This document shows positions 51,071 to 63,260 of a stretch of 64,000 bases of DNA, piece after piece. The notes below the pieces were generated by a model. It was not told where the DNA came from. It saw nothing but the letters and a program-made list of their open reading frames with translations, and made no database searches. Position 1 is the stretch's first letter, and the number at the start of each line of letters is the position of its first letter. Both the position numbers and the translations under genes were made by a program. Source of the DNA: Lama glama (Eukaryota); NCBI GenBank assembly GCA_028534125.1, contig CM052818.1, positions 27,096,001 to 27,160,000 on the forward strand, in the 5' to 3' direction.

Positions 51071-51822
51071 AAGATCCCTGAAGTATGTGGCTCAGATATT
51101 ATAGTCAAATGTAGAAATAACACTTGCTGAAATTAAAGGAATCAGCTGGTCAAAAGCCTATAATTTGGCAAAACGAAACAAAAAACAAACCAACAAAAAA
51201 ACCCCAAAACTTAGGCCAATCAAGATCTTTCTTGGGATTTTGGAATCGAAACCCTAAAAGCGTTGAAAGCTGGGAGCCCAGCTGAAGGACACATGGGGCT
51301 CTGAAGATAAAGACGGGGGAGATGGAGAAGATAAAGTGCGTGGCCCTGGGAGAGGCAGGGAGAGCGGCTACTTTGGTTCCTGGCCACTTCCCGGGTCCTA
51401 TTTCCAGTCCGAAGGAGGCCCAGCTGGACTTGGGCTCCTGTGCAGGACATAGATGTTTCTGGGCCCTTTTACTGCAGCCAGTTTGAGTTGGTTTCTGTTC
51501 CTTGAGGCTTTGATCAAAATGCTTTTCATGCTTGTTGTTGAGTTGTGTCCTGTTTCCCTGAAATGATTAGTAGGGACGCGAAGACATGTAAAATGAAAAG
51601 GCCTTTTGTGTGTGCTTGTCTTTCAGTAGCCTCAAAGCAGAGGTCTCTAGAGCGGCCTTACCCAACCCCAGAGCCAGCTCTGGGAAGAAGTGTGGCAAGG
51701 AACCCCATGAACTGTGGCAGCAGTTGAGCAAGAAGAACACAGCCTGGGAGGCTCTGGGAGGAGAACTAGGAGGGGAGACCTTGAAATTATGCTGTCCTGA
51801 TGTGGAGTTCCTGGTATATTTA

Positions 51823-51990
51823 TCAGCATGGCTCAAAACCTGGGGTGATTTTGCCCCCTAGGAAAGAGTCATTGGTGTTATGGTATTGGCATGTAGTGGG
51901 CAGAGGCCAGGGATGCTGCTAGACGCCTACGACACATAGGACAGAATTATCCAGCCTGATGTGCCAGTAGTGTCAGCGTTGAGAAACTGA
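51823..51990. mobile_element. MER20-like hAT-Charlie element (internal deletion)
   Basis: ggggtgattttgccccctagg...tggcatgtagtgggcagaggccagggatgctgcta...gaattatccagcc...gttgagaaactg. Confidence 0.8.
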
Positions 51991-53439
51991 CAATGTTTAT
52001 TTTTCAGTATATGTATAAGAATCTTATGCTCACTGCTGTTCCAATCTAGAAATTGTCCATAAATACTATAGGTGGGTTTTTTGTTTGTTTTTTTGATGAC
52101 TAAGGTGTGAACTACTCAGGATCCCTTCCTCTGGGGTCACGTTTGATCACCAGACACAGTCAGGGCAAATCCTAAAGCAAAGATACTCACTCCTGGGCAG
52201 TGGTATGGATTAAAAAGCGTGTGTTCAGTGACTGATCTGTGCCTGTGCCATTAGGTTCATTGATCCATGTGGCATGTTTCTACATGTCACAAAACCAAAA
52301 GGGGAAAGCCTTTCCTGGTGCGTGTGTTTCAGACCATCGTTTTGTACCTCGTTAAGAACCTGACATATGGTAATGCTTTCCACATCCACAAAGGCTCGGA
52401 CCAATAGTGATTTCCAGTGAGACTGCAAACAGTAATTACATTTCTGAAGTGGTAGTTTAGATCTTATATTGCCAGTGGGACAAAATACTAGTTTGCAGGC
52501 ATGCCCCCAAATGAGCTCTAAAGAACTCCTTCCAAGAGTTATTTATCCTCTGTAATGGAAGGGGGCACGGAGAGCAGTAAATCTGGGGGAAGGGGAGAGG
52601 AGCTCAGTAAAAGGCCAGGTGGACCGTGACTGTGCCCCTTAGTTACTCTGGAAACCGTTCCCGGTTTAGAAGATTCTCACGGAAGCTTTGGAAGATGAGT
52701 TTCTCTCATCAGAGGCTTCTTTCCCTAATGTGTTTGACACTGTGGATTAGCCCTGCCTCCTCCCAGTGTGTTTTCTCCCTTGGGCTTTGAGGTTTGTGGT
52801 TGCTAAGGAGCCGTCCGCTGTGAGTGTGGAGCTGGGTATCTGCTTCAAGTCCAGCTGTGATCCCCAGAGCCCCGACTGGCCCGAACACTCTGTGCTTTTT
52901 GGTCTGCCTTCAATTCTGAGGCCCAGAAAAACATTTTCGGGTCTGGCACAGCCTCCCAGCTGAGGCAGGCAGGAAGATGAGGGCGGGTCTGCAGGATCCG
53001 CAGTATCTTCCCGTCTGCCCCCTTGGTCTCAGATGACAGGGCTCCAGCTCTTCCCAGGCTGCCGAGAGGCGGGCGTGGGGCTGCGGGTCAAAGGGCATTC
53101 CTGAGTCCCAGCAATCAGAGGCGTGGGGGACACGCAGGGTGTGGAGCAGGACAGTGACTGCGGCTGAGCTGAGGGCCGTGGAGGATTAAGTCCTAGTAAT
53201 CGGCGGGGACCAGCAGAAGGAGTCATGGAGAAGCAGGAGACCCAGCTCCCCAGTGGGAGCCCTGTGGCCTCACGCTCCAGAGGGCTTCTCGGACCTTTCC
53301 CAGCTCTGCTGGAGCCTTCGTGCCTCCTTCATGTCCCTTCTGACAGTCGTGCTGTCTAGTGGCCTGTGACATGAGATGGGATCAGTCCTCTGTTCCTCTT
53401 TGTGGAAAGTCTGAGAAGTCTAGCGTCCACTCCAGCAAT

Positions 53440-53680
53440 AATCACTGTCATTTGCTGAATGTTCACATGCTACACACTGCGCATGGGCAATTTCTTTTAT
53501 CACAGTGATCCTATCAGGTCAGTACTTTTGCACCCATTTTTCAGGGTAGGAAATTGAGGCTCGGGGAACTTTAGTAAGCTGTTCAACTTTAGTAAGCCAG
53601 AAGTAAGTTGTAGAGTGAATGTGTAGCAGAACCAGAATTCTACTCCAGGCCTCAAACATTTAACCCCACTCACCACCCCA
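53440..53680 (-). mobile_element. MIR SINE
   Basis: cccatttttcagggtaggaaattgaggctcgggga core. Confidence 0.65.
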
Positions 53681-55129
53681 TTGTACAACTGTATCAGATG
53701 GTTTCACTTTCCTTTTTGTCTTGATGCATATATCCTAGGCTTTTTGAAATATGCTGTTGACAGTAATTTAGATGCACGTTGTGAAATACATATACTGAGT
53801 GATAAAACTGTCTTACTTATCAGGACAAGAGATTTTTTTTTGAGAGCCATATTTGGGCTTGAACTCACACACAGCTTCCTCCCTCACACAAATGTTATTT
53901 AGGGTAAAGTGAAGCACCAAGCGTATTTTTAAGTTTAACCAGGCATAACACACCCATCTAAATAAACATCTGAGTGTATTGTAATTGGCTGTGTAATGGG
54001 ATGTTAAAATGGGATGATCCTTTGTCTTAGTTTCAGCTGAGACTGAATACCAGCTGCTTCCACATTCTGGAAGGGGTCTCCTTGCAGCTCCTCTCACCAT
54101 CACCTGAAGCAGGTGGGACCGGGGAGACCACAGCTCCTCTTCTGCATCCGGGGAGGGAGAGTGCCAACAACTTTTCCTAAAGTAACCCTGCCCTCTGCTT
54201 CCCAACTGCCCTCACAGCTTCCACAACCTGTTGTACTGTCTGGAGGGAGGCAGTCACCGGGGATCCTGGTTCTTGGTTATTTCCTTTGGAAGTCCAGCTT
54301 GGATGCCCAGTGACCCAGTTGAAATGACTGAGTTGTTGTGTCCCTTGGGCTTGAGGGCACAATGGACTGGTGTCTGACTCCTGATTAAGTCAGGAGAGGA
54401 AATCGCTCATGGCAAACAAGACTAACTGTGTGAGAGTCAGCCTGAGATTGCTTTAGGTCCTGCCCAAGCGGGGTGCAGGGAGGGCTGAGGAGGTGGCTGG
54501 AGGTCACCCCCGGTTGCTCAGGGGCTGAGGGAGGGACTGTAAACCCCCAGCCAGAGCAGATGCCACTGAGGGGTCCCAGCAGAGTGGGGTGCATCTCTAA
54601 AGAAGGCGCTCCCGTGGGGACAGATAACAGCTGTGCATGCCCACCAACCCCAGGGAACCCAGATGCCAGCTCACAACAGTACTAACCAGTAAGGCCCTCT
54701 GTCACCTTTATGTCTCCTCTCTGTCCCCTCTTCAACTCTGGACATGAAGAGACCACCGTTACAGTCAAGGGGAGAGGGGTAAAGGTGCAAAGCAGAGAAA
54801 GAGTGAATGCAGTCACACCGCTTCCCCAGTGCAGAAAGCAAGCCTGGGGCTGGGTTGGGGGTGAAACTGTGCACACGGCTTTTATGTCTTTAAGCATTAC
54901 CTAGGTATTACCTCCATATTAATAACTGAACTGGGTTGTTTGCAGGGGGCGGTGATGTGAGCAAGCTCTTTTCAAAACCCCTATAATATTACGAAGTATG
55001 CAATATTAAGGGACCTACTCAGATTTCATCCAGGGCAGAGTCTGAAACTGCCCACAGACTGCGTGTGAGTGGGCACTGCGGGCGTCTGGGGGAAATCTGG
55101 AGGTGTTAGGAAGTCCACCCTGGATCTCA

Positions 55130-55520
55130 CCACTTTTCTTCCTCACTCAGCCTGCTCCAGAAACGCACTGGTCTCCCAAGCACGGTCCAACCCCAGGGCC
55201 TTTGCATTTGCTCTTCCCCCGGGGATCCACACAGGTCACTCCCTGGCTTCCTTCACCTCTCTCTTGGTTTAAGTGTCCCTTTTTCAGACATGTATCTAAC
55301 TGCACAGTGCAAATCGTCACTGCTCTGTCCAACCTCCTCGTCCTACTTTCTAAAGGTTTTCCCAGCCCATATCACCAGCAGACCCAGACCTCTTCAGTGC
55401 GTGGTCCCAGACTGGCAGCCCCAGGAGAACGCAGAGTGTTTCGTGCTCTGTTCATCCCAAGCACACAGAATTGTGGACGGCACATGGTGGGGGCCCAGTA
55501 AATATTTATTTTGCTTTCAC
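55130..55520 (+). mobile_element. L2 3' fragment
   Basis: ccccagggcctttgcatttgct...ggcacatggtgggggcccagtaaatatttatt. Confidence 0.7.
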
Positions 55521-56354
55521 TGAATCTCTGTGCTTCCCTAGATTCCCTCTCAGAGCACAGGTCTACTCGCTCTGTTGTACAGGCGAATCCAGCCTGGGCA
55601 AGCGGACGTGTTCGTTTACGTCCAAAGCAGGTTTTCTCTGTCTGGTATACGAAGGAGGCCGAGGAAGGAACTCTCTTTGCATTGAGACACCAGTGACCTG
55701 ATGCCTTGGAAACTATACACTGGGTTCCCCCAAAGGAGTAGTTGTTTTTTTTCTCTTTTGTTTCTGAGAAGAAAGAATGCAGACCCAGAATTTCTTCTTA
55801 CTATAGCCTGAAGGGTGATTTTTATGAATTTTTACCACATGCCCACACAAAACTTTAGCCTTTCTCTCACTGAGGGAAAGAATTTGAGAAATTTTTACTA
55901 GAGTCTTGTCAATGGAGAGACCCTGATTAGGGAAAGTGATTTTCTGAAGTCGTCTGTGTCATAGGGAAGTACGATCCTTTCTGTGACTCTCTGCCAACTT
56001 AACCCTGGAGTGAGGATAAAGGACACCTTTTGGGGACTAGTGACTCAAAGAACTTGATAATGAGGTCTGCTCCTTGGCCTCCCCTCTGAGAGTCAGGTCT
56101 TCCCAGCACACCTGAAACGTGATTCTGAAGTCAAAGATGATTCAAGAATGACAGAAATAAAAACCCTTCATTCCCAAAGGCCTTCTCCCATGAATTCCTT
56201 GTCTCCACTCCCTTTTATCAGTATTACTGGGGAGACTATCCTTGCAAAAAGGAGTGATTTCCTTAGAAACTTAATTTGGCTTGAAAACTGTTTTCAGGGA
56301 TGACAACGATTAATTTGGTGCAGTGATAGAAAAACCAGGACCATGTGAATTGTG

Positions 56355-56600
56355 GCCTGGCTAGTTCAGAGTGTGAGCTCTGAAACTAGGCTGCTCGGGT
56401 TTGATGTTGATTGAGCTCCATCACTTACTGGCCATGTGACCTTGGACAGCTTACTTCTCAGTGCCTCAGTTTTCTCATCTGTATAGTGGAAAGAGCAATA
56501 ACCCATCTCCTGTGGTAGCTGTCAGGATTAAATGAGTTAATATATGGAAAGGGCTTAGAGCAGTGCCTGGCAAGGAAGACTAACTCTGTAAGTGCTGTGA
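56355..56600 (+). mobile_element. MIR SINE
   Basis: cacttactggccatgtgaccttggacag...gtgcctcagttttctcatctgta...ggattaaatgagttaatata...cttagagcagtgcctggca. Confidence 0.88.
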
Positions 56601-57649
56601 CTACTTAAGGTTGTTGTTGGGGTGGTTAATCATGATTATTGTCATCGTCCTCATTACTCTCATAACCATCTCGCAAAACATGGCCCACTTAGACTTTAGT
56701 TCAGGACATAACAGAGATAAAGCCACCAGTTAAATCCATCTCAGTAAGATTCTGCCCAGGATTACCCATGGCTTGATTTTAGGATTCTTGGTGAAGGAAC
56801 CACATGGCTTTGTGACTGTCATTGGAATAAATTCTTCTCGGGCCCCAGAAGGGAACAGTTCTGTAGTTTTGTTGCTCCCTTCTCTGCTCAGAGATTTGTG
56901 GGGATCTTTAGCTCATTTTCACGAAAATCTTCTAAATGGTTGTAGGACAGCTGGCCCAGTGGAATGGCTGAGGAATGACATCTAGCATTCTTAAGAAGAA
57001 CTGGAAAAAACCATCCCCTGAAGTGATAAGGAAGCAGAAATGGGCCTAAACAGTTTTTAAAATTATAAGACCAGAATCAGATACAACCACCCAAATATTC
57101 TGTAAACTGAATCTAAGCCAAATGAATTTTTTGTTGTGTCAAGACCCTGGCTTGTGAATTTGACTCAGGAAAGGGTTTGGCCTTCGTTAGCTCAGTTCAC
57201 CTTTCTCCCCCAGGGGATGAGCACCAAGGAATGCGGCAGCGGATCCCAGCGAGTCACAACCTCTGCCACAGGGAGTGTTGGGCTTTTTGCAAGTTGCCTC
57301 GTGATGTGCAGCTTTTATGGGTCTCAACCCAGAGCACCGCCTGGTGCCTCCTCCGTGCACTTCCCGGGCAGCCCTGAGCATTTCCGGCGGGCGGTCTCTC
57401 AGGACTTCTTGAAGGTTTGCAGGCTGTTGAAATGGAAAAGTTTTCTAGTTGATTAACAAGTTCTGAATCCAGTCTCCACAACCGTGTGTGTTACAGGATA
57501 AGGTACCCATAGGAAAATGCAGTCAACAAAACTGAAGTCGTCTTTGCTTTGTTGTGAATTTTAGCTCTTCACCTCCTGGTCTGCAAGCAGGAATTCACCT
57601 AGATGACCTCAGACTGGTGTGAATTTGTTTGGTGTGTGTGTGGTTTTTT

Positions 57650-58560
57650 TTTTTAATTAAAATTTCCATTTGGTCCTTTTTAAAGTTCTCTGTCTCTTTG
57701 TTGAGCTCCTCATTTTGTTTTCCCGACTTGGTTACATTATTTATCTGTGTTCTCTTGCGGCTCTTGGAGCATCCTCAGAAGAATTACTCTGAGTTCTTTG
57801 TCAGGCAGCTCGTGTATCGCCATTTCTTTGCGGTCAGTTACTGGAGGTTTACTGTTTCTTTGGTGGTGCTGTTTCCCCGGTTCTTCACGATCCCCGTAGC
57901 CTTGTGTGGATGTCTGTGCATTTGAAGAAGCAATTGCCTCCTTCCAGTTTCATGGACTGGCTCCTGTAAGGAGAGACCTTCACCTGTGGATGGATGCACA
58001 CTGGAGTGCGCTGTGGCCTGGGTCTAGTAGGTGCCGAGCACCAAGTGTGGGGTTTCTGTTGGCTCCAAATCCAGGGAGACTTGATATCTTGACAGCTCAG
58101 GCCAAAGTGTCAACAACCATGTGGTCCCTGGAGAGCACTGCAGGGGATCCACGGTGGCTGCAGGGACTGTTGGGGTCCTCAGTGGCACCTCCAGTGGCTA
58201 GGGACCAGGGCAGGCAGTGGTGGTGGTGGGAGCTGGCAATGCGCACACACTGGCTGCAGGGCCAGCTGCAGGTGCTGGTGCGGTGGCAGGGCCGGTTGCG
58301 GACACATGTAGGGGCAAGGGCCAGGGTCGCCAGGGTTGGGCCTCCTTCGAGCTCACTAGCAGCTGTGGGGCCCCTGACTGCCGGTGTGCACTCCTGTGGC
58401 TGCAGGGCCTCACCACAGGCTGTGCGCTGCAGTGGCGTCTGGTGCTAGTTGGGCTGGCGGGCACAGGTGCATAGCTGAAGGGGCTGTTTGCAGGGGAGCC
58501 CAGCGGTGCAGGCCATTGACAGGACTTAGGGCCCTGGCTGTCTGTGTGCAGGCCTGTGTG
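57650..58560 (-). mobile_element. L1 5' region (GC-rich 5' UTR remnant + start of ORF1)
   Basis: Minus strand reads ATGCACAGACATCCACACAAGGCTACGGGGATCGTGAAGAACCGGGGAAAC...ACTGACCGCAAAGAAATGG...CTGCCTGACAAAGAA, resembling the N-terminus of old L1 ORF1 (...NQGNMTPPKE...TDPKEMEIYELPDKEF). Confidence 0.7.
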
Positions 58561-59089
58561 TTCATTAAAATTTAAGAACTGGCCCTATCAAAGAGCCATT
58601 TCTGATGTGTTGCCTAAATTTGCCCTGCTCTGTGGCTCTCTTCTTGCCCCATTCTCTGCACTAGCAGGAGCTGCTCACAGCTGTTGTGCAGGGAACTTTC
58701 ATGCCTGTAAAAACTAGCAAATTCCCTTTGTACTTCGCTCTCTCACCAAATTGTGTTGAGGGAGTGAGGAATTTCACCAGCTTCTGCAAACCACTGGAAG
58801 ACCGTGTTTAGGCAGCAGGTGGGGGACCTTTGAGGTTTCTCAAAATACAGACATCACAGAAGTTGCCTCTCTTGCTTTAGTATTTGCTGATCAATTGAAT
58901 ATCTCAGATTCTCTGGGTGAAGAGATGGCAACAAATTTCTAATAATTATATTAATATCCCATAGTCCTACATATCTATGTGCTCACTACATCCAAAGAGT
59001 TAACGTTTAAAAGTTTGAAGAGGATTGCAGATGATTTGTTTCACAGCTGATCTGATTTCTGCATTCCAGTCCCACATGTTGAAAAATCA

Positions 59090-59250
59090 CTTGCTAACAT
59101 TTGGGTACCAGGCACCGATTGAAGCTTTTTGCCACAACCCTGTGAGGTGAGCACTAATAGTAGACCCTTTTTACAGATGTGAGAACTGAGGTCCAGAGGG
59201 TTTAAGGAATTTGCCAAAGTTAACATATTTAAGAAGTGGCAGTGCCTCCT
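59090..59250 (-). mobile_element. MIR SINE
   Basis: cacaaccctgtgagg...ttttacagatgtgagaactgaggtccagagggtttaagg. Confidence 0.75.
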
Positions 59251-61701
59251 TCCTGACAAACCCCACAGGATCCATGGCATGGGGTGGGGGGCATTTGGCC
59301 TTAAATTTGGATATTTGACATTATCTCCACATGAGGTTATGCAGTCATAGAAATACTCCAGAGAACCAAAAGAAGTCTGTCATACAGCTTTAACCACACT
59401 GTCCCCAGTATCCTATGGATAGATACATATTAATACATATATTTATGCATATACTTATGTTACATTTCACTAACAAAATTATGTTACATTTCATTTTTGT
59501 ATGTTAAAGTCCTTAGTTAGGTAAACATAAATATTTTACATATACCATAGGGTTCATGACCCTGTTCTGATTTTGTCATATACGGAACATCTCAACAGTG
59601 AAATTGGCCTGGCTGTGTCTTGACATTGGAGATGTTCCAGTGCGTAGAACAATAGGATCAGGAGGGAAACTTAGAAACTATCTTGTCTGACTTCTTCATT
59701 TCATTTGTGAGGAAATGGAGACAGAGATGTTGAGTAATCTCCCCAAGGTCACACAGCTAGACTGCCCGTCCACTGACGGACAGACCACTGCGCTCTGTCC
59801 TGCACCCACTGCTCTCGATGCCTGGCTCTTGCCTCCACACTAGCAATGAGAGAAGTTGCATACTTGGGCATGTGTATTGGGAACATCCTGGAGGCCACGA
59901 AACATTTATTTTACAATGATTCCTTCCCGTGCAGTCTTTTTTTTTTTTTAAATATGCAGGGAAAACAATTCCATCTCTTTAGAACTTTTCACATTTCAAC
60001 ACCCTTTTCAAACTGAGAATCAATATTGAACCTCATGACCGTCCTGAGAGGGGGTATATGCAGGCACTGCTATTTCTGTTTTTCAGATGGGGAAACAAAA
60101 ATCCAAAACTGTTACACACCTCTCCTGAGGAAACACAGCTAGGTCGTGGCAGAGCTGTTACTGTCATTTAGGACTCCTGGCTTGGGATGTAGCACTGAAC
60201 TGCACTGCTTTCCTGTAGACAGCATGTCCTACCGGAATTACAGATGAGAACAGCACAAGCATTTTTGTTCTCCTGATGCTATTCATAAACCATCCTCAAA
60301 CCCAGTGCATTTTCTCTGAAAGAAACTATTCTTCACGTGATCAGCAACTTGGCAGAAAAGATAATTAGATCTTCTAAAAGTTATTCATAAAGTAAACGCT
60401 GCGTCAGGATAGATATTAAGCATTTCCTAATGTATTTCCTTTCAGTGGTGAGGTATAAGATCTATTTAAATGAAGCTTAGTCTGGGAAACCAGCATATTG
60501 CAATTAAAAATGCAGCCCTTGTACTCTTGCAATTCTTTGTCTAAAGCCCTTTTACAAAAGGGGGTATTTTAATTCAATAAATAAAAGACAGGCACTCCCA
60601 GCTTTCCTATGGGCGGAGTAGCTACGGCTTGCAGCTCACACACACAACAGAGAAAACACACAAACAAATAGTATTTGATCTTGCCTTGCTGCAGGCTATT
60701 TTCATCTTTCAAGAGACCGAGGGGAAAACAACCTCAGAACTTTACCACCAAAACTTCCAAATTTATTGCAACCCAACGTAATGGCAAAATGCTATTTTCT
60801 TAGTGCTCACATTTTTGGAGTAACCACCATGGCCAAGAATGCCTGGTTTTTATATTTACAATAAACCCAAAGAAAAATCTTGAATTCCACTCTCAGTTTG
60901 GGGATGGCAAAGATGCCGTGGGTTGTTTGGAGCAAACCATCAAGTCTAATTATTCAGTCTTATCTTCTCTGTTTAACCTGAGCTCGAGGCGTTTATTTCA
61001 TGTTTATACTGGTTTAACACAAATCATGCTGAAAAGAGATTTCGTATCCTGTTTCCCTGTGCAAAGCTGGGCTACAGTAGTAAACTTAACAATGCCAGCC
61101 CTTTCTTGGGCTTATCAGTTAAAGAAGCACTCAGCCTAAGAAAACACTTCCAGTGTAAACAGGGTACAGAATTGCACATTTAGCCACATTCCACTGGGAT
61201 CTGTCTCAATAGACAGAAGTATAGAACACTAAGTAATTTCTCCTTTAATTTAGCATCAATGTGCCCATTTCTCATACTGCTTTTCACACATTGTTATAAG
61301 CAATTTATTACGTTGCTGTTGCATTCCATGCAGCAAGTAAGGTATTAAAAAAAAAGGCAAGATAATAGATTTAAACCAACTTTAAAGTTCTGCACAAGCA
61401 TTATACTTTTCAACATATTTTAACCATAATTAAGTTGGCTTAAAGATACAGTGAAAATCTTGTTCTAATCTTATCTCAGCACAATTTCTTTATAGTTGAT
61501 ACACATAATATTAGTTGTTTACAAGGATGGCAACTACCAGCCACTCCCATCTCAAATCTCCTGAGACTGAAATTTGTACAGACTGATTACTTGGTCAAGG
61601 GATGTATTCTAGTTTCTTAATGATAAAATACATTTTCATGTTTTCAGGACAAGAAATGGAAAGCAAACTATTTACATAGCTTAGAAATTTATCAGACCTA
61701 C

Positions 61702-61928
61702 CTTGTTTGAAGAAAGCAATTTTTTTTTCAGAACTCTTCCACCACACAGAATGGATATCCTTTTTTGCTTAAGCTTGTCTGCATCACAGATCCCATCCAA
61801 ATTATTCTTAAAGAAGAAAGAAGAGGTCCAAGCACCTTTTCTCTTCTGAGAGGAGCTAATCAAACATTCCCATCAACCTCTCAGCACTTTGAAAAGCACA
61901 TTTTACACCACACACACACACACACACA

Positions 61929-61973
<45 letters not shown>

Positions 61974-61990
61974 ACTGCTTCTCACACTGG
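61702..61990 (-). other. VIT: VIT exon 1 (non-coding 5' UTR)
   Basis: Ends ...TTCTTCAAACAAG|gtaggt (donor at 61696-61701). Sequence resembles the human VIT 5' UTR as I recall it, which joins an exon with 18 nt of UTR before the ATG. 5' boundary is an estimate. Confidence 0.85.
61909..61975. repeat. Compound microsatellite (CA)n(CT)n(CA)n
   Basis: Directly visible. Confidence 0.98.
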
Positions 61991-62065
61991 TTTTAGTGCT
62001 GAACTAGGCGGTCCTCTTTTAAATTTCCACTCCCACTTGCTTTTTTTTTTTTTTTTTTTTTTTTG
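61985..62065 (-). promoter_or_regulatory. Putative VIT core promoter (TATA-like ATTTAAAA, no CpG island)
   Basis: Minus-strand ATTTAAAA at 62017-62024, about 25-35 nt upstream of the inferred exon 1 start; 24-nt T tract at 62041-62064 just upstream. Inferred from position only. Confidence 0.5.
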
Positions 62066-63039
62066 GGTAAGGATGTCTAAATTTTCTTTTCTAGCCCAAA
62101 GCACACATTTTCAGTAGGCAAATTCTGCAATTTGAAATCCTGAAAAGTAGAAGAGAAACATCTAGATAAAATGGAAAATGGGAAATATTCTTTAAAACGG
62201 ACTTAAGCAGGGCAATTCAATTTTCTTTCTTTTTCAAATGCTAGCGAACAGCTGGATTAAAACTACATAAAGAAAGAAAACTGTGCAAACACTACCGAGC
62301 TGATTCTACTGGACTCTCACTTGTGGAGTGAGAATAATTTTCCTACATGTTTAAAGCTATTTTTTTGGTTTAGTTCGCTTCAGTCCTTTCTGCAATTTTG
62401 GCAAGTTTAACGAAGTGACCGTAGTCTAGGCTGCTGGGAACGGGACACAAGATAATAATAGGGGGAAGTAAAACCTGACTCTTGTTTCCAAAAACTAATG
62501 ATGGATAGCTCACATCTGAGTGAAATCTGCCGGATTTTAGTTATTTACATGTTAGTGTCATCAATTACATCGAAAGGATTCAGACCCAAAACATTACATT
62601 AGCATATCACAGCATCTTAAAAACAGACCATAAAAAGTACATCTGGCATTCCTTGAGATCCAAATGTTTATTAGTGTGACAGAGCCTCCTCCCTCCAACA
62701 GGGTAGGGGGAGCCCAGAGCCAGTCCTCTGCCCGCCGGGGACCCTGAACCCACAAAGCCCCAGTCCTAGGAGAAGAATCTCCCTGAGCAGCCTGGGGATG
62801 TGTCCTTATTTAAGATTATGGTTTGAATCTTTTTTTCTCCATTTGGTTCTGCATTTAAATGATTTCTCAATCCTGTTTCTTCCTCCACAAAATCTTAAGC
62901 CTGGGTCTGTGCGTGGTGAGGGTGTTTCTGCCACAGGGAGGGCACGTCCCATGCTTTGAGTCAAGGAAGGTTCAGAAATGGCAGCTCAAGCATAGCTAAT
63001 AATATTTCTATTACTGTTAATAATAACAATGCAAATCGC

Positions 63040-63260
63040 AGTTTATCAAATACTTATTAATGCTGGGAGTGGTGATTAGCCCTCTGCGTGTATGAACTCA
63101 TTTACCACTTAGAAGCAGCTAGAGAGGTCAGTACCAGTACTTCCGTCCTACAGATAACAGAACTGAGGCTCCAAGAGATTCAGTGACTTTCACTCAGCTG
63201 GAAAGGCAAGAACTGGGATTCAGATTCAAGACTGTCGGACTCTGGTGCAATGTGCTATGT
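63040..63260 (-). mobile_element. MIR SINE
   Basis: tacagataacagaactgaggctcc...ctgggattcagattcaagactgtc. Confidence 0.7.

Larger units (their letters stand above)
1..61990 (-). other. VIT: VIT (vitrin) gene, 5' portion (exons 1-7); continues beyond position 1
   Basis: Six coding exons with correct splice signals and matching phases give MGIVVLTMKASVIEVFLVLLVTGIHSNKEMTKKIKRPKFTVPQINCDVKAGKIINPEFIVKCPAGCQDPRYHVYGTDVYASYSSVCGAAVHSGVLDNSGGK..., recognisable as vitrin. TSS approximate. Confidence 0.97.

Noticed and set aside
44880..58560. A single full-length or active L1 made of the 57650-58560 5' piece and the 44880-47720 3' piece
   Set aside because: They are 10 kb apart with older MIR/L2 elements in between, and both are heavily degenerate.
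57906..58575. 180-aa and overlapping Ala/Gly-rich ORFs as a novel gene
   Set aside because: They lie in the GC-rich L1 5' remnant, where stop codons are scarce; no domain or splice structure supports them.
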